From: Candidatus Brocadiia bacterium
Lineage (GTDB): Bacteria > Planctomycetota > Brocadiia > CAIUPP01
DNA length: 64,000 bases
Assembly: GCA_050015075.1 (NCBI GenBank)
Contig: JBEKCB010000011.1
Location: 59,209-123,208, forward strand
Direction: 5' to 3'
Made by a program: the position numbers and the translations under genes. Below are positions 38,257 to 46,309 of the stretch, in pieces (position 1 is the first letter of the stretch; every line of letters starts with the position of its first letter). The notes below the pieces were generated by a model. That model did no database searches. It worked only from the letters and a program-made list of their open reading frames with translations, and was not told the DNA's origin.

Positions 38257-41200
38257 TCAATTGATCATGTCCAGCCAGTCCGCCGTGATGCCGATGGCGC
38301 GGTGGTTCTGCTCGACGCGGCCGCGGACGAGGTAGGGGCCGTAACTGCGGATGAGATGTCCGAACCGGCGATACGCCTGCGGGAACAGGATGACCTCCAT
38401 CGTCCCGAAACAATCTTCGAGGGTGAGGAACTTCATGTATTGCCGGTCCTTGGTGACCGCGCGGCGCATGGTCACCAGCCAGCCGGCGACGGTGACGCTC
38501 CGGCCCACTTTCGCCGGGAGCTGATCGGACCGCGCCAGGTCGCGCTCGGCCAGCTCCCTGGAGAACATGCGCAGCGGATGGTCGCTGACCGAGAGGCCCA
38601 GGGTTTCCTGCTCGAGGCGGATCCGCTCCTCGACCGGATATTCGGGCAGCGGCGGGACGGTTCCGGGCGGGTCGGGCGCCGGTTCCGGGCCGAAGAGTTC
38701 ATCGCCCATCGCGCCGGCGAACGATTTGCGGATGTCCTTCGAGAGCAGGCGCAGTTCCCAGAGGAGTTGCGGGCGCGTCCGGCCTAAGTTCCCGAGCGCG
38801 CCGCAGAGGATCAGGCGCTCCGTCTCGGAATCGTTGACCTGCGTGCGGAAATAGAAATCGCGCAGCGAGGCGAACGGCCTCTGCGCCCGCGCGTGCAGGA
38901 TGGAGTTCAACGCCCGCTGCGAGATGCCCTTGACCTGCGCCAGCCCGATGCGGATGCAGCCGGTATTTCTATCGCGCTCGTCGTCGCTCGCCGTGAGCAG
39001 AGCCGGACGATCCGCGCATTGCCGTTCTGAGTCGTTTCGCACGACCACGGCCGAGGACGAGGACGACGACGAGGACGACGACGAGGACGAGTACGATTCC
39101 CCGGCGCTGGCGCGGTGCTCGAGGCCGCTCAGGTTGACGTCCGGCAGAAGGATCCGCACGCCCCAGCGGCGCGCCTCTTCGAGGTATTCGCGCGTCTCGT
39201 AGAATCCGCCATGGTTCGCCATGACCGCGCAGAGGAACTCGGCCGGGTAGTGCGCCTTCAGATACGCCGCCTGGTACGAGATGGCGCCGTACGTCACCGC
39301 GTGCGCCTTGCAATAGGAATAGCCGGCGAAGTTCTGGATCAGCCCCCAGATTTCCACGGCCGTCTCGGGCCGGACGCCGCGCCCGACTGCGCCGCGCAGG
39401 AAGCGCTCCTGCAGCGCCGCGATCCGCTCGGGCGAGCGCTTCTTCGAGATCGCCTGCCGCAGCGTGTCGCCGTCCTCGAGCGTGAACCCGGCGATCACCG
39501 CCGCCACCTTGAGGATGTCCTCCTGGAAGAGCATCACGCCGTGGGTGTCGGCGAGGACTTTCTCCAGGCGCGGATCGAGATACGCCGCCGGCTCTTCGCC
39601 CAGGCGGCGGCGGACGAAGCGCTCCTTCATGCCGCTGCCGGACGGGCCGGGCCGGATGAGCGAAAGCGCGTGGATCACGTCGAGCCGGCTCTCGGCACGG
39701 ATCATCTGCAGCAGGCTGCGCATACCGGGCGACTCGATCTGGAAGCAGCCGATCGTCCGCCCCGCGCGCAGCAAGGCGGCGGTCTCGCGGTCGCCGTCGG
39801 GGATCTGCGCGAGGGCGACGGCGTCGCCGCGGTTGCGCTTCACGGCGACGACGGTATCGGCGATGAGCGAGAGCGAGCGATGGCCGAGCAGGTCAATCTT
39901 CACCAGGCCGACCGCCTCGACGGCGTTCATCTCGAATTGCGTGATGACGATCCCCTTCGTCGCGCGCTCGAGCGGCAGGTAGTCGGTCAGCGGCCGGTCG
40001 CCGATGACGATGCCGCCGATGTGGATGCTCAGGTGGCGCGGGAACCCGTCGAGCGCCTCGGCGCGCGCGACGATGGTGCGGTACGGCTCGCGGTCGAGCG
40101 GGAAATCGCGCGCCTCGGGGAAGAGCGCCTTCGCGTCGCGGATGCTCTCGGCCGAGTAATGCGGCAGCATCGCGGAGAGGCGGTTGATCTCCTCCATCGG
40201 CAGCCCGAAGACGCGCGCCACGTCGCGGAACGCCGACCGCGCCTGGTAGGTATTGTGGTTGCTGACCATCGCCACACGTTCTGCGCCGTGGCGCTCGTAG
40301 ACGTAGCGGAGCACCTCGTCGCGCCGCCGCCAGCAGAGATCGAGGTCAATGTCCGGGCAATCGGTGCGCGAGCGGTTGAGGAAGCGCTCGAAATAGAGGT
40401 CGTGCGCGAGCGGGTCGGCGCTGGTGATGCCCAGGCAATACGCCACGAGGCTGTTCGCGGCCGATCCGCGGCCGACGATGGGAATTCCCTTCCGGAGCGC
40501 GAAATTTACGATGTCCCACACGATGAGGAAATACTCGGAGAAGTGCAGGTCGTCAATGACCGCCAGTTCGTAATCCAGCCGCCGGGCGACCTCCGGCGCT
40601 GGAGCGTCATGCGCCGAACGCGGCGCACTCTCAGGATAGCGCTCGCGCATCCCGCGGAGCGCCAGCTTCCGGAGCGCGGTGCGCGGCGATTCGCCGGCCA
40701 GTTCGGGAGGAATCTCCTTGAGCGAGAAAAATTTCGGGAAGATCGGCTTGCCGGTTTCAAGCTGCAGGTTGCACGCGTCGGCGATCCGGCGCGTATTGGC
40801 GATGGCCTCGCGGCCGAGCGCGCTGCCGGCGAACCGGCTGATCATCTCGTCGGCGCTCTTGAGCCAGGCGTCCGGCGGCGCCACCTCGTCCGGGCCGACC
40901 TCGGAGAGCAGCTTGTTCTTCCGGATCGCCGTCAGCAGGCGGTGCATCTCGCGTCCGCCCATTCGATTGAACTCAGGGCGGCCCTGAGCAAGGTCGAATG
41001 GGCCGCCGGGCGAGACGAAGTGGACGTTGTTCGTCGCGACGGGCGGCGCGCCCTCGAACCGCGGCTGGGCCGGATCGGCAAAATACCGGATTTCATGAAA
41101 GAGCCGGCCGCCCTCGATCGCGCCGGCCAGCCGTCGAAGCAGGGCGGCATCGGGCGTCAGGATGAAGAGCCCTTCCTGGTGCCGGACCAGCGCATCGGCG

Positions 41201-41511
41201 AGCGAAAAATTCTCGTCGAGCTGCCGCGCGGTGATCACGCGGCAGAGATTGGCGTACCCTTCGCGGTCGCGCGCCAGGCAGACCGCGCCGCCGGAAGCGC
41301 ACTCGATCTCCGCTCCCAGGATCGGCTTGATGCCGATCTCGCGCGCCTTCGACAGGAACAGCATGGCGCCATAGAGCCCGTTCGTGTCGGTGATCGCGAG
41401 CGTATCGAATCCCAGCTCGCGCGCCTGCCCGAGCAGATCCTCGATCCGCCCCGCGCCGGAGAGCAGCGAGTAATTCGAGTGCACGTTCAGATGGATGAAG
41501 CCGTTTTCCAT
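38257..41511 (-). CDS. dnaE2: DNA polymerase III alpha, DnaE2 (error-prone) type
   Basis: PHP HLNVHS, GRGSAANS, PDIDLD, GFPRHLSIHIGG (DnaE2-like), KIDLLG; ends just after the OB fold. Confidence 0.85.
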   Translation of the reverse strand: MENGFIHLNVHSNYSLLSGAGRIEDLLGQARELGFDTLAITDTNGLYGAMLFLSKAREIGIKPILGAEIECASGGAVCLARDREGYANLCRVITARQLDENFSLADALVRHQEGLFILTPDAALLRRLAGAIEGGRLFHEIRYFADPAQPRFEGAPPVATNNVHFVSPGGPFDLAQGRPEFNRMGGREMHRLLTAIRKNKLLSEVGPDEVAPPDAWLKSADEMISRFAGSALGREAIANTRRIADACNLQLETGKPIFPKFFSLKEIPPELAGESPRTALRKLALRGMRERYPESAPRSAHDAPAPEVARRLDYELAVIDDLHFSEYFLIVWDIVNFALRKGIPIVGRGSAANSLVAYCLGITSADPLAHDLYFERFLNRSRTDCPDIDLDLCWRRRDEVLRYVYERHGAERVAMVSNHNTYQARSAFRDVARVFGLPMEEINRLSAMLPHYSAESIRDAKALFPEARDFPLDREPYRTIVARAEALDGFPRHLSIHIGGIVIGDRPLTDYLPLERATKGIVITQFEMNAVEAVGLVKIDLLGHRSLSLIADTVVAVKRNRGDAVALAQIPDGDRETAALLRAGRTIGCFQIESPGMRSLLQMIRAESRLDVIHALSLIRPGPSGSGMKERFVRRRLGEEPAAYLDPRLEKVLADTHGVMLFQEDILKVAAVIAGFTLEDGDTLRQAISKKRSPERIAALQERFLRGAVGRGVRPETAVEIWGLIQNFAGYSYCKAHAVTYGAISYQAAYLKAHYPAEFLCAVMANHGGFYETREYLEEARRWGVRILLPDVNLSGLEHRASAGESYSSSSSSSSSSSSSAVVVRNDSERQCADRPALLTASDDERDRNTGCIRIGLAQVKGISQRALNSILHARAQRPFASLRDFYFRTQVNDSETERLILCGALGNLGRTRPQLLWELRLLSKDIRKSFAGAMGDELFGPEPAPDPPGTVPPLPEYPVEERIRLEQETLGLSVSDHPLRMFSRELAERDLARSDQLPAKVGRSVTVAGWLVTMRRAVTKDRQYMKFLTLEDCFGTMEVILFPQAYRRFGHLIRSYGPYLVRGRVEQNHRAIGITADWLDMIN
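38971..39098. repeat. Family A palindromic element inserted in frame in dnaE2
   Basis: Shares the core ATTGCCGTTCTGA and the GAGGACGAC arm with the 32229 copy; right end GAGTACGATT is the reverse complement of the family left end; encodes ESYSSSSSSSSSSSSSAVVVRNDSERQC...DDERD. Confidence 0.85.
40957..41003. repeat. Family B hairpin inserted in frame in the dnaE2 PHP domain
   Basis: GCCCATTCGA-ttgaa-CTCAGGGC-g-GCCCTGAG-caagg-TCGAATGGGC; encodes PFDLAQGRPEFNRMG. Confidence 0.8.
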
Positions 41512-41733
41512 GTTTTGCCGCCTTTCACCGCGTCTATTAACATTATACTAACTACGCGGCGAAACGCAAGCTGAAAACGGGCAAAATGGGCTGGAGAATT
41601 GCGCGTTCGGCTTTAAGGTTGCTCCGTGACGCCGGCCGGCGAGAACGCCTCCTGCAGATGCACTGACAGCGCCGGCGCCGGATTGCGTCAGGACCGCTGA
41701 ACTGGCCGGATTCGCTCGCTCAAATTCCTTCAT

Positions 41734-42165
41734 TCACCGGTCCAGCGGATGCCGCCAGTTCAGACCCGGGAATCTGGCGAAATCGCGATCTGTAGTGATC
41801 CACTCAGCGCCGGACTCGATCGCCAGGGCCGCAAGATAAGCGTCGGTCATCAGATTGCCGCGCGCCTGAGCCGTGCGGCAGAGGTCGAGGAAGATCGTCC
41901 AGTGACGGGCGCCTGGAGAGAGGACGACACAATTGGATTGCTGGCGTATCTGATTGACGTAATGGAGCGCGGTCTTCAACGGCGTGGGCGTCGTGAAGAC
42001 GCGCGGGTGCGTGATGATGCGAAGGCAACTGCTCAAGACAAGGTCTGATATCCCGAAAGTGGAAGGAGCGGCCCAAAGGTTCTCCAACCAGCGCCGATAT
42101 TCGACATGCCGCTCGCATTCCTCGCGGTGTGCGTACACCAGCACATTGACGTCGGGCAAGATCAC
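41734..42165 (-). CDS. vapC: VapC PIN-domain toxin
   Basis: ILPDVNVLVYA, DAYLAALAIE, T.DRDF.RF; GTGA overlap with vapB. Confidence 0.92.
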   Translation of the reverse strand: MILPDVNVLVYAHREECERHVEYRRWLENLWAAPSTFGISDLVLSSCLRIITHPRVFTTPTPLKTALHYVNQIRQQSNCVVLSPGARHWTIFLDLCRTAQARGNLMTDAYLAALAIESGAEWITTDRDFARFPGLNWRHPLDR

Positions 42166-42407
42166 GAGGTTCCATCCATGATATCGAGGAGTTCCGACAT
42201 GCAATCGAGGTTGACGCCCGGACGTATGCCGCTGCCGCGGAAGGTGACGACGGGTTCCTTTCGGGCCGGCGACGACTTTGCCTTCCGGCGGGCGAAGTTT
42301 TCCCGCAGCGCTTCGTTGATGACGGACCCGATATCCCGCCGCTCGCGGGCCGCGCGCTGCCTCGCCTCCGCCAGCAAAGCGTCGTCAATATTGACCGTCG
42401 TTCGCAT
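42162..42407 (-). CDS. vapB: VapB antitoxin (RHH)
   Basis: MRTTVNIDDALL....AARE.....VINEALR; GGAGG RBS. Confidence 0.88.
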   Translation of the reverse strand: MRTTVNIDDALLAEARQRAARERRDIGSVINEALRENFARRKAKSSPARKEPVVTFRGSGIRPGVNLDCMSELLDIMDGTS

Positions 42408-42430
42408 CTGCTTGCCTCCGATTGCGCCTC

Positions 42431-42472
42431 GCATCACAGCATCATAATAGCGCATCAAGATGCTGGCGTCAA
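42431..42472 (-). promoter_or_regulatory. vapBC promoter with autoregulatory operator
   Basis: TTGACG-17-TATTAT; palindrome GCATCttGATGC in the spacer plus further GATGC repeats. Confidence 0.7.
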
Positions 42473-42542
42473 GGCCTTTGCCGCCTGCCGGAGCAGAACG
42501 AAGGTCGGGAACATCATTTCATTTTCCTGCGTTTTGCGTCCA

Positions 42543-43778
42543 TCACTCGCCGGCGACGGCGTTGAGCACCTTCCTGAAAGCCTCGTACTGCGTGTGGACG
42601 CCGGCGGCGGTGCCGACGGTGGCGCCGCGCAGATACCCGGCGACGTCGTCACGCTGGACGAGCGCCCGCAGCGCGGCGGCGAGCAGCGCCGGTTGGGCCA
42701 GTTGCAGATCGTTCGGCGGCCCCATATCAGCAACGCAGAACGCATACGATTCAGCGATCTCCGCTTCGGCCTTCTCCAGGTCCGGCGCGGACTCCAGCAG
42801 CAACTGCCGAGCCAGCCGGTTCAAGTCCGTGTCCGGCTTCGCGCCGGGCTGAGCGGAGAGCGCTTCCTGGGCCAGTTCGGCCAGCAGCGGCGGCGCCTCG
42901 GTGCGAAGCTCGACGCCGTTCGTGGCGTCGCGGAGCGCCGCGGCCAGCGTTCGCGCCGCGGCCGGACCGTCGAGCGCGCGCAGGGCGAAAATCTGCGAGA
43001 CGGCATACGGCCCGACAATCGCGCTGGTCAATCCGCCGCGTTTCAGCAGAGCGGCCAGCGCGGCGAACCGCTCCGCGGGCGCGAGAGAGTCGAGGGCGAT
43101 GGCCTGCTCCGTCTCGGCGATGACCGGCTCATCGCCCTTCGGGCAGTAAGCCAGCGCGCCGACCTGCGTTTCGCCGGGGATATCCGGATTGGCGGAATCG
43201 GTCTTCTCGAATCCGCCGAGGAGGAACAGCCATTGATCGCCCGGGCGTACGTCCGCGCCGCCGTTGCTGAAGATGGTCATTTCCAGCGTCGCTTCGCCGT
43301 AAGCGCGCCACAGCGGCTTGAACACCGTGACGATGACCCGCTGCCCGGCCTGGACGCCCCGGAACGCCCGCACGCATTCGACTTCCGCCTTGCCCGGCGC
43401 GCCCATGCGGCTGACGTCGCCTGTCCCCCATTGGATGTTCAGCACCTTGCCGATGAAGACCCGCTCGCTCGGGCTGATGCGGCCCGGAAAAGCGCCGTCC
43501 GGGACCTGCCTGCCCGGTTCGCGCCCCGGCTCCGGCAGATTGGCCAGCGAGACGGCCGCCGGCCGTACTGCGGCGCCGCCGTTCCCGGAGCCGCCCGCGC
43601 AGCCGGTGAACCCGGCGGCGATAAGCAGCGCCGCCGCGAGAAAAACTCCGGCGCGTCGAAGCGCTTGCCGGAAGTTGTCGAAGTCTGGGGAAATGATTCG
43701 GTCCTCCGCGTTTAACCTGCTGCTGAAGGAGCAATTTCGCGCCAGAAACGCCGAAAGGATCCTGCGAACAATCCCCAC
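42543..43778 (-). CDS. Hypothetical lipoprotein-like protein (start uncertain)
   Basis: RRAGVFLAAALLIAAGFTGC lipobox; GC-rich codon usage. Confidence 0.55.
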   Translation of the reverse strand: MGIVRRILSAFLARNCSFSSRLNAEDRIISPDFDNFRQALRRAGVFLAAALLIAAGFTGCAGGSGNGGAAVRPAAVSLANLPEPGREPGRQVPDGAFPGRISPSERVFIGKVLNIQWGTGDVSRMGAPGKAEVECVRAFRGVQAGQRVIVTVFKPLWRAYGEATLEMTIFSNGGADVRPGDQWLFLLGGFEKTDSANPDIPGETQVGALAYCPKGDEPVIAETEQAIALDSLAPAERFAALAALLKRGGLTSAIVGPYAVSQIFALRALDGPAAARTLAAALRDATNGVELRTEAPPLLAELAQEALSAQPGAKPDTDLNRLARQLLLESAPDLEKAEAEIAESYAFCVADMGPPNDLQLAQPALLAAALRALVQRDDVAGYLRGATVGTAAGVHTQYEAFRKVLNAVAGE

Positions 43779-43793
43779 GCTCGCGGCGAGCGC

Positions 43794-44087
43794 CTAGAGC
43801 CCGGCGATCAGCGTCAGGCCCCAGAGAAGTCCCAGCGTGACCGCCTCGGAGCGGTACTCCAGGACACACGTCTCCCGATAGTGGCGCCGCCGCTCGTCGG
43901 TCTGCATGCGCTCGAGGACGGCCGGGTCGTTCCGGTGTCGGTAGTTGTACTGCTTCTGCCGCAGCGTGGCCAGGTCGTTGCGAAAGCGCCCGCCCATCTT
44001 AACCAACAGCCATATCGAGCCGGCGAGCAGCGCCGCCTGAAAGAGCATGCCGAAACTGGGGAAAAGCATCTTTCTCTCGGCGAACAA
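43794..44087 (-). CDS. Small hypothetical membrane protein (possibly cut by an in-frame TAG)
   Basis: Hydrophobic helices at both ends; AAGGTGGGG RBS-like sequence upstream. Confidence 0.5.
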   Translation of the reverse strand: MFAERKMLFPSFGMLFQAALLAGSIWLLVKMGGRFRNDLATLRQKQYNYRHRNDPAVLERMQTDERRRHYRETCVLEYRSEAVTLGLLWGLTLIAGL

Positions 44088-44100
44088 ACCCCACCTTGCA

Positions 44101-44376
44101 TCAGGATAAACTTCCGTTCACCCGCCGGCGACGGCGGCGGGGCGTCTGGCGCGCGCGCGCCACGACTCGCCTCGAAACGCGCATGAGAACTCGGAGCGCA
44201 TTGTTCACGGATCGTTCATCGGGAAACTGCTTGGCGACGTCCGGCGCCAGCAGGACCAAGTTGGTCCCTTTGCGGTAGGCTTTCGCATACTTGCCTCTTA
44301 CTCCGCCTTTCATTTGGGCAAAGTCGTATTCCGGCCTGAGATCGTGCCTGATCTGAACGTTAGGCTTCGTTTTCAT
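44101..44376 (-). CDS. Orphan BrnA-like antitoxin
   Basis: DLRPEYDF...GVRGKY.......V.L.PDVA..FPD..SVN.ALR pattern of proteins normally encoded downstream of BrnT/DUF497. Confidence 0.7.
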   Translation of the reverse strand: MKTKPNVQIRHDLRPEYDFAQMKGGVRGKYAKAYRKGTNLVLLAPDVAKQFPDERSVNNALRVLMRVSRRVVARARQTPRRRRRRVNGSLS

Positions 44377-44380
44377 AGAT

Positions 44381-44539
44381 GTAGAGTCCCGAGAATAACA
44401 TACATAAGGCTAGCCCGCGTCATGCTGAGTTCAGCGAAGCATCCCACACCTTGAACCGTTGTCGGCGCGCGCGGCGACTGAGATTCCTCGCTCCGCTCGG
44501 AATGACCAGCCATTATGCAACTTATCTCACGGACAGCAC
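44381..44539. mobile_element. Degenerate MITE-like element enclosing a family C REP hairpin (44418-44505)
   Basis: Left end GTAGAGTCCCGAGAATAACATACATAA vs right-end reverse complement GTGCTGTCCGTGAGATAAGTTGCATAA; internal CGTCATGCTGAG..GCGAAGCATC...GAGATTCCTCGCTCCGCTCGGAATGAC. Confidence 0.5.
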
Positions 44540-44602
44540 AATAAGTGTACCTTCCCTATGAGTTGCATTCCTCCCGCTTTGACACTGCGACTTCTCGTTC
44601 GT

Positions 44603-45805
44603 TCACCCGCCGGCGACGGCGGCGGCGAAGCGGGCGCCGAAGGCGCGGCACGCTTCGAGGTCCTCGGCGGCGGGGGTGAATTTGGTTTTCAGGCCGGATT
44701 CGACCAGCGGGAGGCGCATGTCCTTGAGCCGCTGCTCGATGAAGGCGACGCCTTCGCCGCTCCAGCCGTAGGAGCCGAAGGCGGCGGCTTTTTTCGCGCG
44801 GAGCTTGACCGTCGAGAGCAGCGACAGGGCGCGCCACATCGCCGGCGGCAGGTCGCGCACGATGGTGGGCGACCCGAAGATCAAACCGTCGGCGGACTCG
44901 AGCGCATCGCGGATTCGCGCGTCGTCCGCCTCGGTCAGGTGCAGCAGGTCGGCGTCGGCGCCGGCGCGCTGGAGCCCTTCGGCGATGGCTGCCGCCATGT
45001 GAGCGGTATTCTCGTGCGCGCTCAGGTAGAAGATGGCGACGCACGGCTTCGCCCGCGGCTTGAGCGTGGCCCACTCGCGGTATTTCTCGATGTAATGTTT
45101 CGGGTCGCGGCGCAGGATCGGGCCGTGGCTCGGGCAGATCATTCGGATGTCGAGCGGCTTGATCGCGTCGAGCGCGGCCAGCACCTTGTCGCGGTAGGGC
45201 CGCATGAGGCTGTCGTAGTAGAGGCGGAAGTCCTCCTCGAAGTCGGCGGCCAGGTCGTTGAACATGCGCTCATCGCAGTCATGCGTGGCGAAGCCGTCGC
45301 ACGGGAAGAGGATGCCGTCCTCGGGCAGGTACGTGAAGATGGTGTCGGGCCAATGGATGAACGGCGCGGAGATGAACTGCAGGGTTTTCCTCCCGAGCGG
45401 CACTTCGGGACATTCGCCGGCGGCGAAGCACTCGAACGGGCGGTTGAGCAGGTCGCCGAGGTAGAGCCGCGCGGCCTTCGAGGCGTACACCTGCGCCTGG
45501 GGCGCGGCGGCGAGGAGCGCTTCAAGCGCGCCGGAGTGGTCCGGCTCGGTGTGGTTGAGGACGATCACGTCAATGCGCTTCGGGTCCACGAGCGCCGACA
45601 GGTTCTTGAGGAACTCTTCCGCGAAAAGGCCCTTGACCGCGTCAATGACGGCGATCCGGTCGCCGCGGACCAGGTAGGAATTGTAAGTGGTGCCGCGGCG
45701 CGTCGGCATCAGGTCGTCGAAAATCTTCAGTTCCGGGTGGAGCGCGCCGACCCAGAAGACGTCCTTGACGATCTCAAAGGGCTTCGTTCTGCACCCCCAA
45801 TCCAA
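44603..45805 (-). CDS. fprA: Flavodiiron (A-type flavo) protein
   Basis: GTTYNSYL, NHTEPDHSG, HWPD, PSHG, FGSYGWSGE. Confidence 0.93.
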   Translation of the reverse strand: MDWGCRTKPFEIVKDVFWVGALHPELKIFDDLMPTRRGTTYNSYLVRGDRIAVIDAVKGLFAEEFLKNLSALVDPKRIDVIVLNHTEPDHSGALEALLAAAPQAQVYASKAARLYLGDLLNRPFECFAAGECPEVPLGRKTLQFISAPFIHWPDTIFTYLPEDGILFPCDGFATHDCDERMFNDLAADFEEDFRLYYDSLMRPYRDKVLAALDAIKPLDIRMICPSHGPILRRDPKHYIEKYREWATLKPRAKPCVAIFYLSAHENTAHMAAAIAEGLQRAGADADLLHLTEADDARIRDALESADGLIFGSPTIVRDLPPAMWRALSLLSTVKLRAKKAAAFGSYGWSGEGVAFIEQRLKDMRLPLVESGLKTKFTPAAEDLEACRAFGARFAAAVAGG

Positions 45806-45935
45806 GGCCGCGGCCCGGTCTCTTGCCTCAAAAAGTAGTCTACTACCCTGGCGCGGAAGAAAGCAACTGGGTTCTTGCCGCCGGCGCGCGAGCTTGTTAC
45901 AATAGATTCAGGTACATTAGATAAGGAGGCATCCG

Positions 45936-46166
45936 ATGGTGACACGCGAAGAAGTCGAAAAAGTCCTTTCCGAGCAGATTGACCCGCGTTTGGCGATGGA
46001 CGGCGGCGGCATCGAACTGGTGGACGTGACGAAGGAAGGGCTGGTAAAGGTGCGGCTGCGCGGCGCATGCTGCGGCTGTCCCGGCGCGCGCATGACGCTC
46101 CAGATGGGAGTCGAGCGCATCCTCAAGGAAGCCATTCCTGAAGTCGCCTCCGTCGAGGCGGTGTAG
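45936..46166 (+). CDS. NifU/NfuA C-terminal domain protein
   Basis: DGGGIEL, GACCGCP (CxxC), TL..GVE. Confidence 0.9.
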   Translation: MVTREEVEKVLSEQIDPRLAMDGGGIELVDVTKEGLVKVRLRGACCGCPGARMTLQMGVERILKEAIPEVASVEAV

Positions 46167-46178
46167 GGCAGCGGTTCG

Positions 46179-46263
46179 TCGCCGCGGAGAATGCAGAGGA
46201 CGAGGAGGAAGTCCTCGAAGAGAGGTGGCGAGGGATTCTCGTTCTCGCCGGCGTTCTCTGCGG
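46179..46263. repeat. Degenerate inverted element (GCAGAG/CTCTGC arms)
   Basis: CGCCGCGGAGAATGCAGAGG...GCGTTCTCTGCGG between nifU-like and mdh. Confidence 0.4.
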
Positions 46264-46309
46264 GTTGGATTCCCGAATGAATCATGATCTTCAAGCAAAG
46301 GGGCGCACT

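Noticed and set aside
38971-39098. Intein in dnaE2
   Set aside because: No Cys/Ser start with His-Asn end, no splicing motifs, and too short. The insert is explained by repeat family A.
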